This document shows positions 20,517-29,784 of a DNA stretch of 64,000 nt, piece by piece. A program made the position numbers and the translations under genes. Origin of the DNA: Alphaproteobacteria bacterium (lineage in GTDB: Bacteria > Pseudomonadota > Alphaproteobacteria > CALKHQ01); contig CBDDFZ010000001.1 in NCBI GenBank assembly GCA_965227515.1, positions 3,520,001-3,584,000 on the forward strand, given 5' to 3'. The notes beneath the pieces are model-generated. The model did no database searches, was not told the origin of the DNA, and was given only the letters and a program-made list of their open reading frames with translations. The first letter of the stretch is position 1. Each line of letters begins with the position of its first letter.

Positions 20517-20825
20517 GTGACCACCGAGATTGTGATATCCCAGCGCACCTGGCCGGGCGACGGCGGCACCGAGCGCGCCACCGTCTCAGCCGAAATCGGC
20601 GACGACGGCACAGTGCGGGTGGTCCAGCACGATATGGGGCCGAGCGTGGTGCGGACGTACGGCAAGGAGGATGTCGAGCACATCGTGACGCTCAGCCAGG
20701 AGAGCGCGGGCCTGCTGTTGCTCCGGTTGCTGGCGGATCGCTTCGGTGCGGCCGACCGGCCAAAGCAGGCGTTGCTCGACTTGCTGGCCGCACACGATAT
20801 CGCCCACACGAGCGAGGTCTGGTAG
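20517..20825 (+). CDS. hypothetical protein (102 aa)
   Basis: GAGG RBS before GTG; fills the gap between phnM and the convergent gene; globular-looking composition. Confidence 0.7.
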   Translation: MTTEIVISQRTWPGDGGTERATVSAEIGDDGTVRVVQHDMGPSVVRTYGKEDVEHIVTLSQESAGLLLLRLLADRFGAADRPKQALLDLLAAHDIAHTSEVW

Positions 20826-20837
20826 CGCCGAGCGCCC

Positions 20838-22001
20838 CTATCGCCGCGCGATGATGTCCGGGCCGATCTCGGCAATCGTACTGACCCCGCACAGGCCCAT
20901 CGCCCTGTCCAGCTCGCGACGGTAGATCTCGAGCACATGGGCGACGCCCGACTCGCCCGCCACAGACAGGCCCCACAGCTGCGGACGGCCGATCAGGCAG
21001 GCGGCAGCACCCAGCGCCAGCGCCCGCAGCATGTCGCCACCGCGCCTGATACCGCCGTCGACCAGAACCGGCATCCGCCCGTCCACCGCATCCATCACCG
21101 CCGGCAGAGCGTCGATGCCCGCCGCCGCGCCATCCAGTTGCCGGCCACCATGGTTGGACACGATGACACCGTCGACACCGTGGTCCAGCGCCTTGGAGGC
21201 CTCGTCGGGGTGCAGCACACCCTTCAGGATGAACGGGCCCTTCCATGCCTTGCGGATCTCGTCGACGTCCTTCCAGCTCATGCCGGGGTCGAGCAGGCTG
21301 CCCATGCGCCCGGCGAGCGTGGCGATATCGGCCGGCTCACCCGGGCGGACGTAGTTGCCGAAAGTGATGCGGCTGAACTCGCGGCGCATGCGCATGAGCC
21401 AGCCGACCTTGCGCGCCATGCCCATGTAGCCGCGCAGGCCGAAGCGCGGCGGGATGGTGAAGCCGTTGCGCAGGTCGCGCTCGCGGTTGCCCAGCAACTG
21501 ATTGTCGATGGTGAGCACCAGCACGTCGTACTTGCTGGCTGCCGCGCGGTCGACCAGCTCGCGGGTGAAGCCCGCGTCGCGATAGACGAACACCTGCATC
21601 CAGCGCGGATGGGTGTCGAGCTTCGCCATGTCCTCCAACGTGCACACCGAGCCGTGGCTGAGGCAGTAGCCGATGCCGGCCGCAGCCGCGGCACGCGCCG
21701 AGGCCAACTCACCGCCGGGCCAGAACAGGCCGGCCAGTCCCGTCGGGCCGATCACCAGCGGCATCGAAAGCTTGTGGCCGAACAGCGTGGTCGACAGGTC
21801 GCGCTCCGCGGCCCCCTGCAACGGCCGGGGCAGCAGGCCGATCTCGCCGAAGCCTGCTTCGTTGCGCCTCAGCGTGCGTTCGTCCTCGGCAGCGCCATCG
21901 GCGAAATCGAATATCGGGCGCGGCAGCGCGCGGCGCGCCAGCAGGCGCATCTCGTGCACGTTGAACGCCTGCCGACGCCAGGCCCCCGCCCGCTCAGTCA
22001 C
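20838..22001 (-). CDS. FMN-dependent alpha-hydroxy acid oxidase/dehydrogenase (LldD/mandelate dehydrogenase family)
   Basis: DGAAEDE.TLRRN, LTID, SNHGGRQLD, DGGIRRG.D. Confidence 0.93.
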   Translation of the reverse strand: MTERAGAWRRQAFNVHEMRLLARRALPRPIFDFADGAAEDERTLRRNEAGFGEIGLLPRPLQGAAERDLSTTLFGHKLSMPLVIGPTGLAGLFWPGGELASARAAAAAGIGYCLSHGSVCTLEDMAKLDTHPRWMQVFVYRDAGFTRELVDRAAASKYDVLVLTIDNQLLGNRERDLRNGFTIPPRFGLRGYMGMARKVGWLMRMRREFSRITFGNYVRPGEPADIATLAGRMGSLLDPGMSWKDVDEIRKAWKGPFILKGVLHPDEASKALDHGVDGVIVSNHGGRQLDGAAAGIDALPAVMDAVDGRMPVLVDGGIRRGGDMLRALALGAAACLIGRPQLWGLSVAGESGVAHVLEIYRRELDRAMGLCGVSTIAEIGPDIIARR

Positions 22002-22102
22002 AATTGGCCCTTTCGCTCATCGCGCACCGCCCCATCATCGACGCCCCCCTGCATGCGGCGAGTGTATCGCGCCGCGTCGGATCAGAGGAAGGCCATATGC
22101 CG

Positions 22103-23776
22103 CTAGGCCAGGAGTTCAAAGTAGCGGTCGATGCCAGCCGGGCCGCACCGGCACGATGACGCCAGCACCTCGAAGCGCTCGGCCAATCCGGCCAGCGCGT
22201 GCGCACCAAGGGCGCGGTTCTGTCCGTCATCGCTGGACACGAGCCGGGCCGCCATCCAGGCGGAGACGCAGGCCCAGCCAGCGCGCAGGAAGGCGTCGGC
22301 GGCAAACTCGCCATGGCGGGGAGTATCGCGCATCGCCAGCATGTCGTTCGCGAGCGCCGCGAACCGCTCGACGATGTCGGCGGCCTCGCCGTTGCCTGCC
22401 GTCTCAGAGCGCATGCGGGCGAGCACAATGGCAAGCCCCGTGCCTTCGTCGGCCCAAAGCCGCCGCTTGAGGAAATCGAGCGCCTGCATGCCGGTCGTGC
22501 CCTCGTAGATCGCGAGCACCCGGGCATCGCGGAGATATTGCTCGGCCGGCCACTCGCGCGTGTAGCCGGCACCGCCGAGCACCTGGATCGCGGCGCTAGC
22601 GGTGGCAAAGCCGGCCTCGGCGCCGAAGGTCTTGATCAGCGGCAGCATCCATGTGGCCACGGCGCGATGTTCGTCCCGCTTTGCCGGATCGAGCTCGATC
22701 TCCGCCAAGTCCATCGTGACCGCCAACTCGAAGATCGCCGCCTCCAGGATCGCGACCTCGCAATCCATCGCGATCAATTGCCGGCGGACGTCGGCGTGGT
22801 CGCGGGTCGGCACAGGCGGATCGTCGGGCGCGCCGCCCTGCCGGCGGTCCGCCGCGTAGTCGTGGGCCAGATCCCGCGCCGCGCTCGCGATGCCAAGACC
22901 CTGGCCACCGACCAGCAGGCGCATCGGCGCGATCATCGCGAACAGTTGGGCCAGACCGCGCCCCTCCTCACCGAGTAGCACGGCCTCGGCGCCATCGAAT
23001 TGCAGCGCGCAGGTCGGCGAGCCATGCAGGCCGAGCTTCTCCTCGATCCGGGTCACGGCAACGAAATTGGGCGTGCCATCGCCGCGGCGGCTCGCGACCA
23101 GGAAAAGGCTAAGCCCGCGCGTGCCCGGCGCGTCCGACGTGCGGGCGAGCAGGCAATGGCCGATGCGATCCGCCGTGTCGTGGTCGCCGAACGAGATCCA
23201 GATCTTCTCGCCGGTGACCTGCCAGCCGCCGCCTGCCCGCACGGCACGGGTGCGGGTGCGGCCAACATCCGATCCCGCATCCGGCTCGGAAATGCAGATG
23301 GTCGCGGTCCAGTCGCCGGCGGCAAGCCGCGGAATCCAAGTGGCGGCAATGTCCGGGTCCGCCACCGCGTCGAGCAGACGTACGGCACAGCGGTTGGCGC
23401 CCGCCGCCATCATGATCGCCGGGCAGGCCCGGTCCATCAGCACCTGGCAGGCAGTGTGGAGCGCGATCGGCAGGCCCTGGCCGCCATGGCTATCCGGCAG
23501 GTCCATGGCGATCCAGCCGTCGCCGGCCAATTGCCGCCACGCTGCCTTGAAGGCGCCGGGCGTGACGACGCGGCCGTCCTCGATGCGGCATCCTTCCCGG
23601 TCGGCAACCCGGTTGAGGGGTGCCAGCACGCCCTCGGCGAAGCCCGCCGCCGCGTCAACAATCTGCGAGACGGTCTCACGATCCAACTCCGGATGCAGTG
23701 CGGCGATCCGGTCCCAGCCCGGCGTACTGAGCAGCCGCCTGATGGCGCGCGCGGCGTGGTTGGCGTAGCCGGTCAT
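22103..23776 (-). CDS. acyl-CoA dehydrogenase
   Basis: ISEPDAGSD, GEKIWISFGDHD, EEKLGLHGSPTC, QVLGGAGY, IYEGT. Confidence 0.93.
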   Translation of the reverse strand: MTGYANHAARAIRRLLSTPGWDRIAALHPELDRETVSQIVDAAAGFAEGVLAPLNRVADREGCRIEDGRVVTPGAFKAAWRQLAGDGWIAMDLPDSHGGQGLPIALHTACQVLMDRACPAIMMAAGANRCAVRLLDAVADPDIAATWIPRLAAGDWTATICISEPDAGSDVGRTRTRAVRAGGGWQVTGEKIWISFGDHDTADRIGHCLLARTSDAPGTRGLSLFLVASRRGDGTPNFVAVTRIEEKLGLHGSPTCALQFDGAEAVLLGEEGRGLAQLFAMIAPMRLLVGGQGLGIASAARDLAHDYAADRRQGGAPDDPPVPTRDHADVRRQLIAMDCEVAILEAAIFELAVTMDLAEIELDPAKRDEHRAVATWMLPLIKTFGAEAGFATASAAIQVLGGAGYTREWPAEQYLRDARVLAIYEGTTGMQALDFLKRRLWADEGTGLAIVLARMRSETAGNGEAADIVERFAALANDMLAMRDTPRHGEFAADAFLRAGWACVSAWMAARLVSSDDGQNRALGAHALAGLAERFEVLASSCRCGPAGIDRYFELLA

Positions 23777-23786
23777 GGCGCGGCGA

Positions 23787-25646
23787 TCAGGCCGCGTCGA
23801 CCGCCGCCGTGGCGCGGATCACACGTGGGTCGTCGTCGCGGTAGAGCGCCTCGACCAGGCCAGCGCGATGGCGCAGCACCGCGCGCTGGTTGACCGATCC
23901 CTTGTCGGTGACCTCGCCCTTGTCGAACGACAGCGGCTCGACCAGCACCATGGCGCGCGCGATGCGGTTCGAGGCACCTGTTGCGGCATCGGCATGGCGC
24001 GCCAGTACCTCGGCAAGGCGGGCGCGCACGATGGGATGGGACAGCACGGCGGCATCATCGACTTCCCTAACATTACCGGCCACAGCACGCAGAGCCGGGA
24101 TCGATGGCACCAGCAGCACGCCCAGTTCCTCCCGCCCCTCGCCGGCAACCACCGCGTCGCGGATCAGCCCGCCGAAGGCGTCGACCAGCTTCGCCCGCAA
24201 CACACCGACCGCAACGAAGGTGCCGTTCAGGATCTTGAAGTTCTCCGCGATCCGGCCGTCGAAGTAGAAGCCCTTGGTTGCGTCCCCCGGCACCGCGAAC
24301 CGCAACGCGTCGCCCAGCTTGTAGAAGCCTTCGTCGTCATAGGCCTTGGCGGTCAGCTCGGGGCTGCGCCAGTACCCCGGCGTGTTCGACGGGCTCTTCA
24401 GCCGCGCCTCCAGCTTGTCCTCGTTGGGCACCAGCTTCAGCGTGATGCCGTGGGCCGGCACGCCGACATTGCCGGGCCGGTCCTGCGGATCGGTGCACAT
24501 CAGCGCGAACGGGCCGGTCTCGGTGGCGCCAAGCCCGGTTGCCAGCAGCACCGGGCAGCCGAGCGTCTGCTCGGACAGCTCGGACAACCGCTCCCAGGTG
24601 TGCTGGGCCATGCCGGCACCGGCGTACATCGCCATCCTGAGCCGGGCGAAGAAGCGCTCGCGCAGCGCGCCGTCCTCCTCCATCGCCGCCACCAGCGCCT
24701 CGTAGCCTGCGGGCACGTTGAAGTACCAGGTCGGCGAGATCTCGCGCAGGTTGCGGATCGTGGTCGCGATCGCCGCCGGGCTCGGCTTGCCTTCGTCGAT
24801 GTAATAGGTGCCCCCGTTGTAGAGCACCATGTTGAACACCTTGTTCCCGCTGGCGGTGTGGTTCCACGGCGCCCAGTCGACCACCACCGGCGGCTCGTCG
24901 CGCAGGAAGGTGTAGCAGCTCGCCACCATCTCCTGGTTGGCGCAGAGCATGCGCTGGGACTGGATCACCGCTTTCGGCGACCCGGTGGTGCCTGATGTGA
25001 ACAGGAACTTGGCGACAGTGTCCGGGCCGACCTTGGCGTGGGCATTGTCGACGTCGGCCGTTGCGGGCGTTGCGGCCAATTCGGCGAAGCCTAGGTGTTG
25101 GCGTCCTTCGACCGGGCTGACGGTCGTCGCCACCGGCACGTCCGGATCGAATACGGCATCAATGGCCTGCTGGAACTTCGCACCGTCATTGGCGAACACC
25201 AGGCCGGGCGTGATCTGGCCGATGATGTCGCGCAGCTTGGCGTGATCGGTGGAGACCAGCGAATAGGCCGGCGACACCGCCGCCGATGGGATGCCGACAT
25301 GCTGCGCCGCCACCGCGACCAGCGCATGCTCGATGTCGTTCTCCGACAGGATCAGCACCGGCCGCTCGGTGGAGAGCCCGAGGTCGAGCAGCGCCTGGGC
25401 AATGTTTCGGATCGTCGCCAGCGCATCCCCGTAGGAGACCGTGCGCCAGCCGCCCTCTGCCGTGCGCTGGGCGAGCCAAGTTCGGTCTGGCGCGACGGCG
25501 GCCCAATGGACCAGCCGCTCGGTGATCTTGTCCGGATACGGGCCAAGGGGGTCCGCCTGCCAGACTAGCACGGACCCATCGGCCCGCGTTTCCGACAACA
25601 CGTGCGGGGTCCAGAAGTCTGAGTTGTGCCGCCCTGTCTGCGCCAT
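23787..25646 (-). CDS. fcs: feruloyl-CoA synthetase-like acyl-CoA ligase
   Basis: FLFTSGTTGSPK AMP-binding loop, DWAPWNHT, GLGATET, DGRIAENFK, EVTDKGS.NQ; GGAGG RBS before ATG 25646. Confidence 0.88.
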   Translation of the reverse strand: MAQTGRHNSDFWTPHVLSETRADGSVLVWQADPLGPYPDKITERLVHWAAVAPDRTWLAQRTAEGGWRTVSYGDALATIRNIAQALLDLGLSTERPVLILSENDIEHALVAVAAQHVGIPSAAVSPAYSLVSTDHAKLRDIIGQITPGLVFANDGAKFQQAIDAVFDPDVPVATTVSPVEGRQHLGFAELAATPATADVDNAHAKVGPDTVAKFLFTSGTTGSPKAVIQSQRMLCANQEMVASCYTFLRDEPPVVVDWAPWNHTASGNKVFNMVLYNGGTYYIDEGKPSPAAIATTIRNLREISPTWYFNVPAGYEALVAAMEEDGALRERFFARLRMAMYAGAGMAQHTWERLSELSEQTLGCPVLLATGLGATETGPFALMCTDPQDRPGNVGVPAHGITLKLVPNEDKLEARLKSPSNTPGYWRSPELTAKAYDDEGFYKLGDALRFAVPGDATKGFYFDGRIAENFKILNGTFVAVGVLRAKLVDAFGGLIRDAVVAGEGREELGVLLVPSIPALRAVAGNVREVDDAAVLSHPIVRARLAEVLARHADAATGASNRIARAMVLVEPLSFDKGEVTDKGSVNQRAVLRHRAGLVEALYRDDDPRVIRATAAVDAA

Positions 25647-25745
25647 GCCGCAGCCTCCCCGTAGACTATTCGTTGGGTACCCTTTCTTGTCGAGCCCGAT
25701 GGTTGGATCGGGCTCGCGCGCGGGCTTGACGTGCCATGTGCAGGC

Positions 25746-25776
25746 TGTTTTCATGGAAACATTATCCTTGGAAACT
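25746..25776. promoter_or_regulatory. putative MarR operator between divergent fcs and hydratase genes
   Basis: Near-perfect palindrome TGTTTTCA/TGGAAACA (25746-25761) plus a second TGGAAAC half-site, lying between opposing TTGAC -35-like hexamers (25726-25731 +, 25777-25782 -). Confidence 0.55.
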
Positions 25777-25791
25777 AGTCAAGGCACCCCG

Positions 25792-26643
25792 ATGGCGCCA
25801 GGGTCGACCAACACGCAGGCAAGCCGGGACGTGCAGAACGACGCGGCGGACATGCCGTCCGACGACGCCATGGTCAGCTTCGAGATCAGGGACGATATCG
25901 CCCTGGTCGGCCTGAACCGTCCCGACAAGCGCAACGCCATCAACGACCGGGTGATCGAGGCGTTGGCCGCCGCCGTGCTGCGTGCCGAGGACGAGGCGAA
26001 GGCCGCCGTGCTGTTTGGCCATGGCGGCAATTTCTGCGCCGGGCTCGATCTCGCAGAGCACGTCACCAAGTCGCAGATGGATTCGGTGCGAGGCTCGCGG
26101 CGCTGGCATGCGGTGTTCGCCACCATCGAGCACGGCACCATCCCATGGGTCTGCGCCCTGCATGGCGCGACCGTCGGCGGTGGGGTGGAGCTTGCGTCAT
26201 CCACCCACATCCGGGTTGCGGACCGCTCGGCGTTCTTTGCGCTGCCCGAAGGCCAACGCGGCATCTTCGTCGGCGGTGGCGGCTCGGTGCGCACCGCGCG
26301 CCTGATCGGGGTTGCGCGCATGACCGACATGATGCTGACCACCCGCACCGTCTCGGCCGAGGCAGCCGAGCGTTGGAACCTGGTGCAGTATGTGGTGGAG
26401 GAAGGCGGTGCGCTGGCGAAGGCGACCGAACTGGCCCGCGCTGCCGCGGCGAACTCGCCGCTCTCCAACTATGCCGTCCTGAACGCCCTGCCCCGCATCC
26501 AGGACATGGCGAAGGAGGACGGGCTGTTCGTGGAGTCCTTCGTCTCGGCGTTCACCTCCGGCACGCCCGAGGCCCAGGAACGGCTGCAAGCCTTTCTGGA
26601 GAAGCGTGCCGCCCGGTTGCGCAATCCGGGCGGGGACGGCTGA
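25792..26643 (+). CDS. crotonase/enoyl-CoA hydratase family protein
   Basis: LNRPDKRNA, FCAGLDL, GGG.ELA, LPEGQRGIF; start site uncertain (25792 or 25852). Confidence 0.9.
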   Translation: MAPGSTNTQASRDVQNDAADMPSDDAMVSFEIRDDIALVGLNRPDKRNAINDRVIEALAAAVLRAEDEAKAAVLFGHGGNFCAGLDLAEHVTKSQMDSVRGSRRWHAVFATIEHGTIPWVCALHGATVGGGVELASSTHIRVADRSAFFALPEGQRGIFVGGGGSVRTARLIGVARMTDMMLTTRTVSAEAAERWNLVQYVVEEGGALAKATELARAAAANSPLSNYAVLNALPRIQDMAKEDGLFVESFVSAFTSGTPEAQERLQAFLEKRAARLRNPGGDG

Positions 26644-26645
26644 GC

Positions 26646-27164
26646 ATGCACGACCGGGCCGCCGACATCCTGACCGACACATTGCCCGGCCCCGAAGCGG
26701 GTTCAGGGCCACGCGAGCCCGCCCTGGATTACGGGCCGCTCGCCTCGTCGACCGGGTTCCTGATCCGCATCGCCCAGCTCAAGATCTTCGCCGCGTTCTA
26801 CGAGCAGGTCGGCGAACTGGGGCTGAAGCCGGGCGAGTTCTCTGTCCTCTGGCTGATCCTGCGCAATCCCGGCATTCGCCAGGGCGTGCTGGCCCAGCAA
26901 TTGATGATCAAGCCACCTCATATGGCCAAGCTGGTGCGCGCGTTCGAGGATCGCGGGTTCATCGCACGCCGCGTGCCCGACGACGACCGGCGCGCGGTCG
27001 AGCTGAGCCTGACCGAGGCCGGCGCTGCGTTCGTGATGCAGCACAGGGATGCGTTTTTCGCGGTCTCCGAGGCGCCGCTCGCCAGGTTGACGCCCGATGA
27101 GCGCGCGGAGCTCAGGCGCCTGTTCCAGAAGATGCTGGGGCTGGAAGACGGAGCGGCGGCATGA
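26646..27164 (+). CDS. MarR family transcriptional regulator (FerC/CouR/HcaR-like by context)
   Basis: GFLIR.AQ, wHTH, DDRRA..L.LT..G motif. Confidence 0.9.
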   Translation: MHDRAADILTDTLPGPEAGSGPREPALDYGPLASSTGFLIRIAQLKIFAAFYEQVGELGLKPGEFSVLWLILRNPGIRQGVLAQQLMIKPPHMAKLVRAFEDRGFIARRVPDDDRRAVELSLTEAGAAFVMQHRDAFFAVSEAPLARLTPDERAELRRLFQKMLGLEDGAAA

Positions 27165-28054
27165 ACCTCGACGAGCTTGTCGCACTGGATGTCCACACTC
27201 ACGCCGAGGAGCCGTGCTGCACGCCGCGCGATGACGGCTACGACGAGTTCCAGGCCGCGATGGCCAAGTACTTCAAGAACCCGGTGGGCAACGACCACCT
27301 GCCGACGGTGCAGGAGACGGCCGCCTACTACCGCGACCGCAAGATCGGCTGCGTGATCTTCCCGGTCGATGCCGAGCGCGAGACCGGCTTCCGCCGCTAC
27401 GCCAACGAAGAGGTGGCCGAGATCGCCGCCGACAACGCCGACATCATGATCCCGTTCGCCTCCATCGACCCGGCCAAGGGCCGGATGGGCGCGCGCGAGG
27501 CCCGTCGCCTGGTCCGCGACTTCGGCGTGCGCGGGTTCAAGTTCCACCCGACCATGCAGGCGTTCTACCCGAACGACCGCGCGGCCTACGTGCTCTACGA
27601 GGCCATCGCCGAGGAAGGCGCGATCACCCTGTTCCATACCGGGCAGACCGGCGTCGGCGCCGGCATGCGCGGCGGCATGGGCATGCGGCTGAAATACTCC
27701 AATCCGATCTACCTGGACGATGTAGCGGCCGACTTCCCCGACATGCCGATCATCATGGCGCACCCCTCCTTCCCCTGGCAGGAGGAAGCGCTGTCGGTCG
27801 CGACCCACAAGCCGAACGTCTACATCGATATGTCCGGGTGGTCGCCGAAGTACTTCCCGCCGATCCTGGTGCGGTACGCAAACACGCTGCTGAAGCACAA
27901 GATGCTGTTCGGTTCCGACTGGCCGGTCATCACGCCGGACCGCTGGCTGGCCGACTTCGAGACCATCGCGATCCGCGATGAGGTCCGCCCCCTGATTTTG
28001 AAAGAGAACGCCCGGAAGCTCTTCGGCCTCACGGGCGCAACGCAAGACAGATAA
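27161..28054 (+). CDS. amidohydrolase_2 family protein (4-hydroxyphenyl-beta-ketoacyl-CoA hydrolase, CouO-like)
   Basis: DVHTH, GFKFHP, FHTGQTG.G.G..GG.G.RLKYSNP, AHPSFPWQ, DMSGWSPKYF, FGSDWP. Confidence 0.88.
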   Translation: MNLDELVALDVHTHAEEPCCTPRDDGYDEFQAAMAKYFKNPVGNDHLPTVQETAAYYRDRKIGCVIFPVDAERETGFRRYANEEVAEIAADNADIMIPFASIDPAKGRMGAREARRLVRDFGVRGFKFHPTMQAFYPNDRAAYVLYEAIAEEGAITLFHTGQTGVGAGMRGGMGMRLKYSNPIYLDDVAADFPDMPIIMAHPSFPWQEEALSVATHKPNVYIDMSGWSPKYFPPILVRYANTLLKHKMLFGSDWPVITPDRWLADFETIAIRDEVRPLILKENARKLFGLTGATQDR

Positions 28055-28078
28055 CGTCGCTCAATGGGAGGAAACAGG

Positions 28079-29203
28079 ATGAAGAAGCATGTACTGGCGG
28101 CCGCGATAGCCGCCGTAGCCTTCGGGTATGGGGCCGGCATCGCCGAGGCGCGCGAACTGCGCATCGCCCCCGCCGCCCCGCCGGCCCACCCGGCCAACAG
28201 CCACCTCTATCAGAAGCTCGCCGAATACCTGCCCGAAGAGTCGGATGGCCGGCTGACCGCACAGATCATCGGCCCGGAGGTGGTCAACCTCAGCCAGATG
28301 AAAGAGGCGCTGCAGAGCGAGCTGGCGGAGATCGGCAACTTGCTGCCGCTCTATTTCCCTGCCGACCTGCCCAATATGTCGCTCGCTGGCGAGCTGGCGC
28401 TGGCGGGCCGCGACGCCCATGTGATGGCCGCGGCGATGACCGAGTTCATCGTCACCTGCGACACCTGCCAGCAGGAGCTGACCGACTTCGGCGTGGTCTT
28501 CCTGGGCTCCGGTTCGTCGGACGTCTATGCGCTGCTCACCACCAAGCCGGTCCACACCGTGGCCGACCTTGAGGGCATTCGCTTGCGCAGCGGCGGCGCG
28601 CCGTTCTCGCGCTGGGCGGAGAACTTCGACGCAAGCCCGGTCAATGTTTCGGTGTTCGAGACCTTCGAGTCCATGTCCCAGGGCGTCATCGACGGCACCA
28701 TGGCCTCGGTCGCCGACCTGCTGTCGTTCCGCATCGTCGAGCTGGCGACCTCGATCACCATGCTCGACCTCGGCACCTATCACGCGACATCGAACTTCAC
28801 GGTCGCGGGCAGCGTTTGGGCGAGCCTGAACGAAGAGGACCGGGCAGCGCTGGCCCGCGCCGCCAACCGCGCCAACGTCGACATGTCGCAGCGCTGGGGT
28901 TTCGAGATGCCGGCCGAGGCCATTGCGGCGGCCGAGGAAGCGGGGATCGAGTTTATCGAGCCCGACGCGGCATTGGTCGAGGCTACCGAAGCGTTCGCCC
29001 AGGCCGACGTCGCCACCGTGGTCGAGATTTCCACCGACCGCTACGGCATTGCCGACGCGCAGGCGCGGGTCGACCAGTTCCTGGCCCTTGTCGACAAGTG
29101 GACCGCCATCGTCGAGGAGGTCGACCACGACCCCGACGCGATCAAGGCCCGCATCCAGGCCGAGGTCTGGGACAACGTGGATTACGCGACCTACGGCCTG
29201 TGA
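28079..29203 (+). CDS. dctP: TRAP transporter substrate-binding protein
   Basis: Signal peptide; DLEGIRLR motif with the conserved Arg; E.FESMSQGVIDG. Confidence 0.9.
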   Translation: MKKHVLAAAIAAVAFGYGAGIAEARELRIAPAAPPAHPANSHLYQKLAEYLPEESDGRLTAQIIGPEVVNLSQMKEALQSELAEIGNLLPLYFPADLPNMSLAGELALAGRDAHVMAAAMTEFIVTCDTCQQELTDFGVVFLGSGSSDVYALLTTKPVHTVADLEGIRLRSGGAPFSRWAENFDASPVNVSVFETFESMSQGVIDGTMASVADLLSFRIVELATSITMLDLGTYHATSNFTVAGSVWASLNEEDRAALARAANRANVDMSQRWGFEMPAEAIAAAEEAGIEFIEPDAALVEATEAFAQADVATVVEISTDRYGIADAQARVDQFLALVDKWTAIVEEVDHDPDAIKARIQAEVWDNVDYATYGL

Positions 29204-29274
29204 TCGGCCAATAGCGGCTGGCCGGCGTGCCCCGGGTGCGCCGGCCCATCCCTTCCCCTTCATCGGACGCGGCC

Positions 29275-29784
29275 ATGCAACGCATCCGCATGATCTCCGA
29301 CCGGATCGTGCGCATCCTGGCCCTTGGCGGGGCCGTCGGGGTGGTGGTGATGATGCTGCACGTCGGCGCCGATATCGTGCTGCGCACCCTGTTCGACGCG
29401 CCGCTGCCGGCCACCATCGAGGTGGTCTCGCGCTACTACATGGTGCTGGTGGCGTTCCTGCCGCTGGCCTGGGTGGAGCGCAACAACGGCATGATCGCGG
29501 TCGGCCTGATCGAGGGCATGCTGCCCAAGCTGGCCCGGCGGGTGTCCGACATCATGGTGGCGATGCTTGCCGCCGCGATCTACGCGGTCATGGCCTACAC
29601 GACGTGGCTGGTCGCGCTCGACAACTACGACAGCCTGTCGTTCATCGTGGTGCTGAACAGCGAAGTGCCGGTGTGGCCGACCTATTTCCTGCCGCCATTG
29701 GGGTTCGCCCTGGCCATGCTGGCAACCTTGCTGCGGGCGGTGCTTTTCGCCTGCGGGCATGAGGTCGAGCGGCGGACGGCGTGA
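29275..29784 (+). CDS. dctQ: TRAP transporter small permease
   Basis: Four TM segments, DIVLR..F.APL...IE; located between dctP and dctM. Confidence 0.88.
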   Translation: MQRIRMISDRIVRILALGGAVGVVVMMLHVGADIVLRTLFDAPLPATIEVVSRYYMVLVAFLPLAWVERNNGMIAVGLIEGMLPKLARRVSDIMVAMLAAAIYAVMAYTTWLVALDNYDSLSFIVVLNSEVPVWPTYFLPPLGFALAMLATLLRAVLFACGHEVERRTA

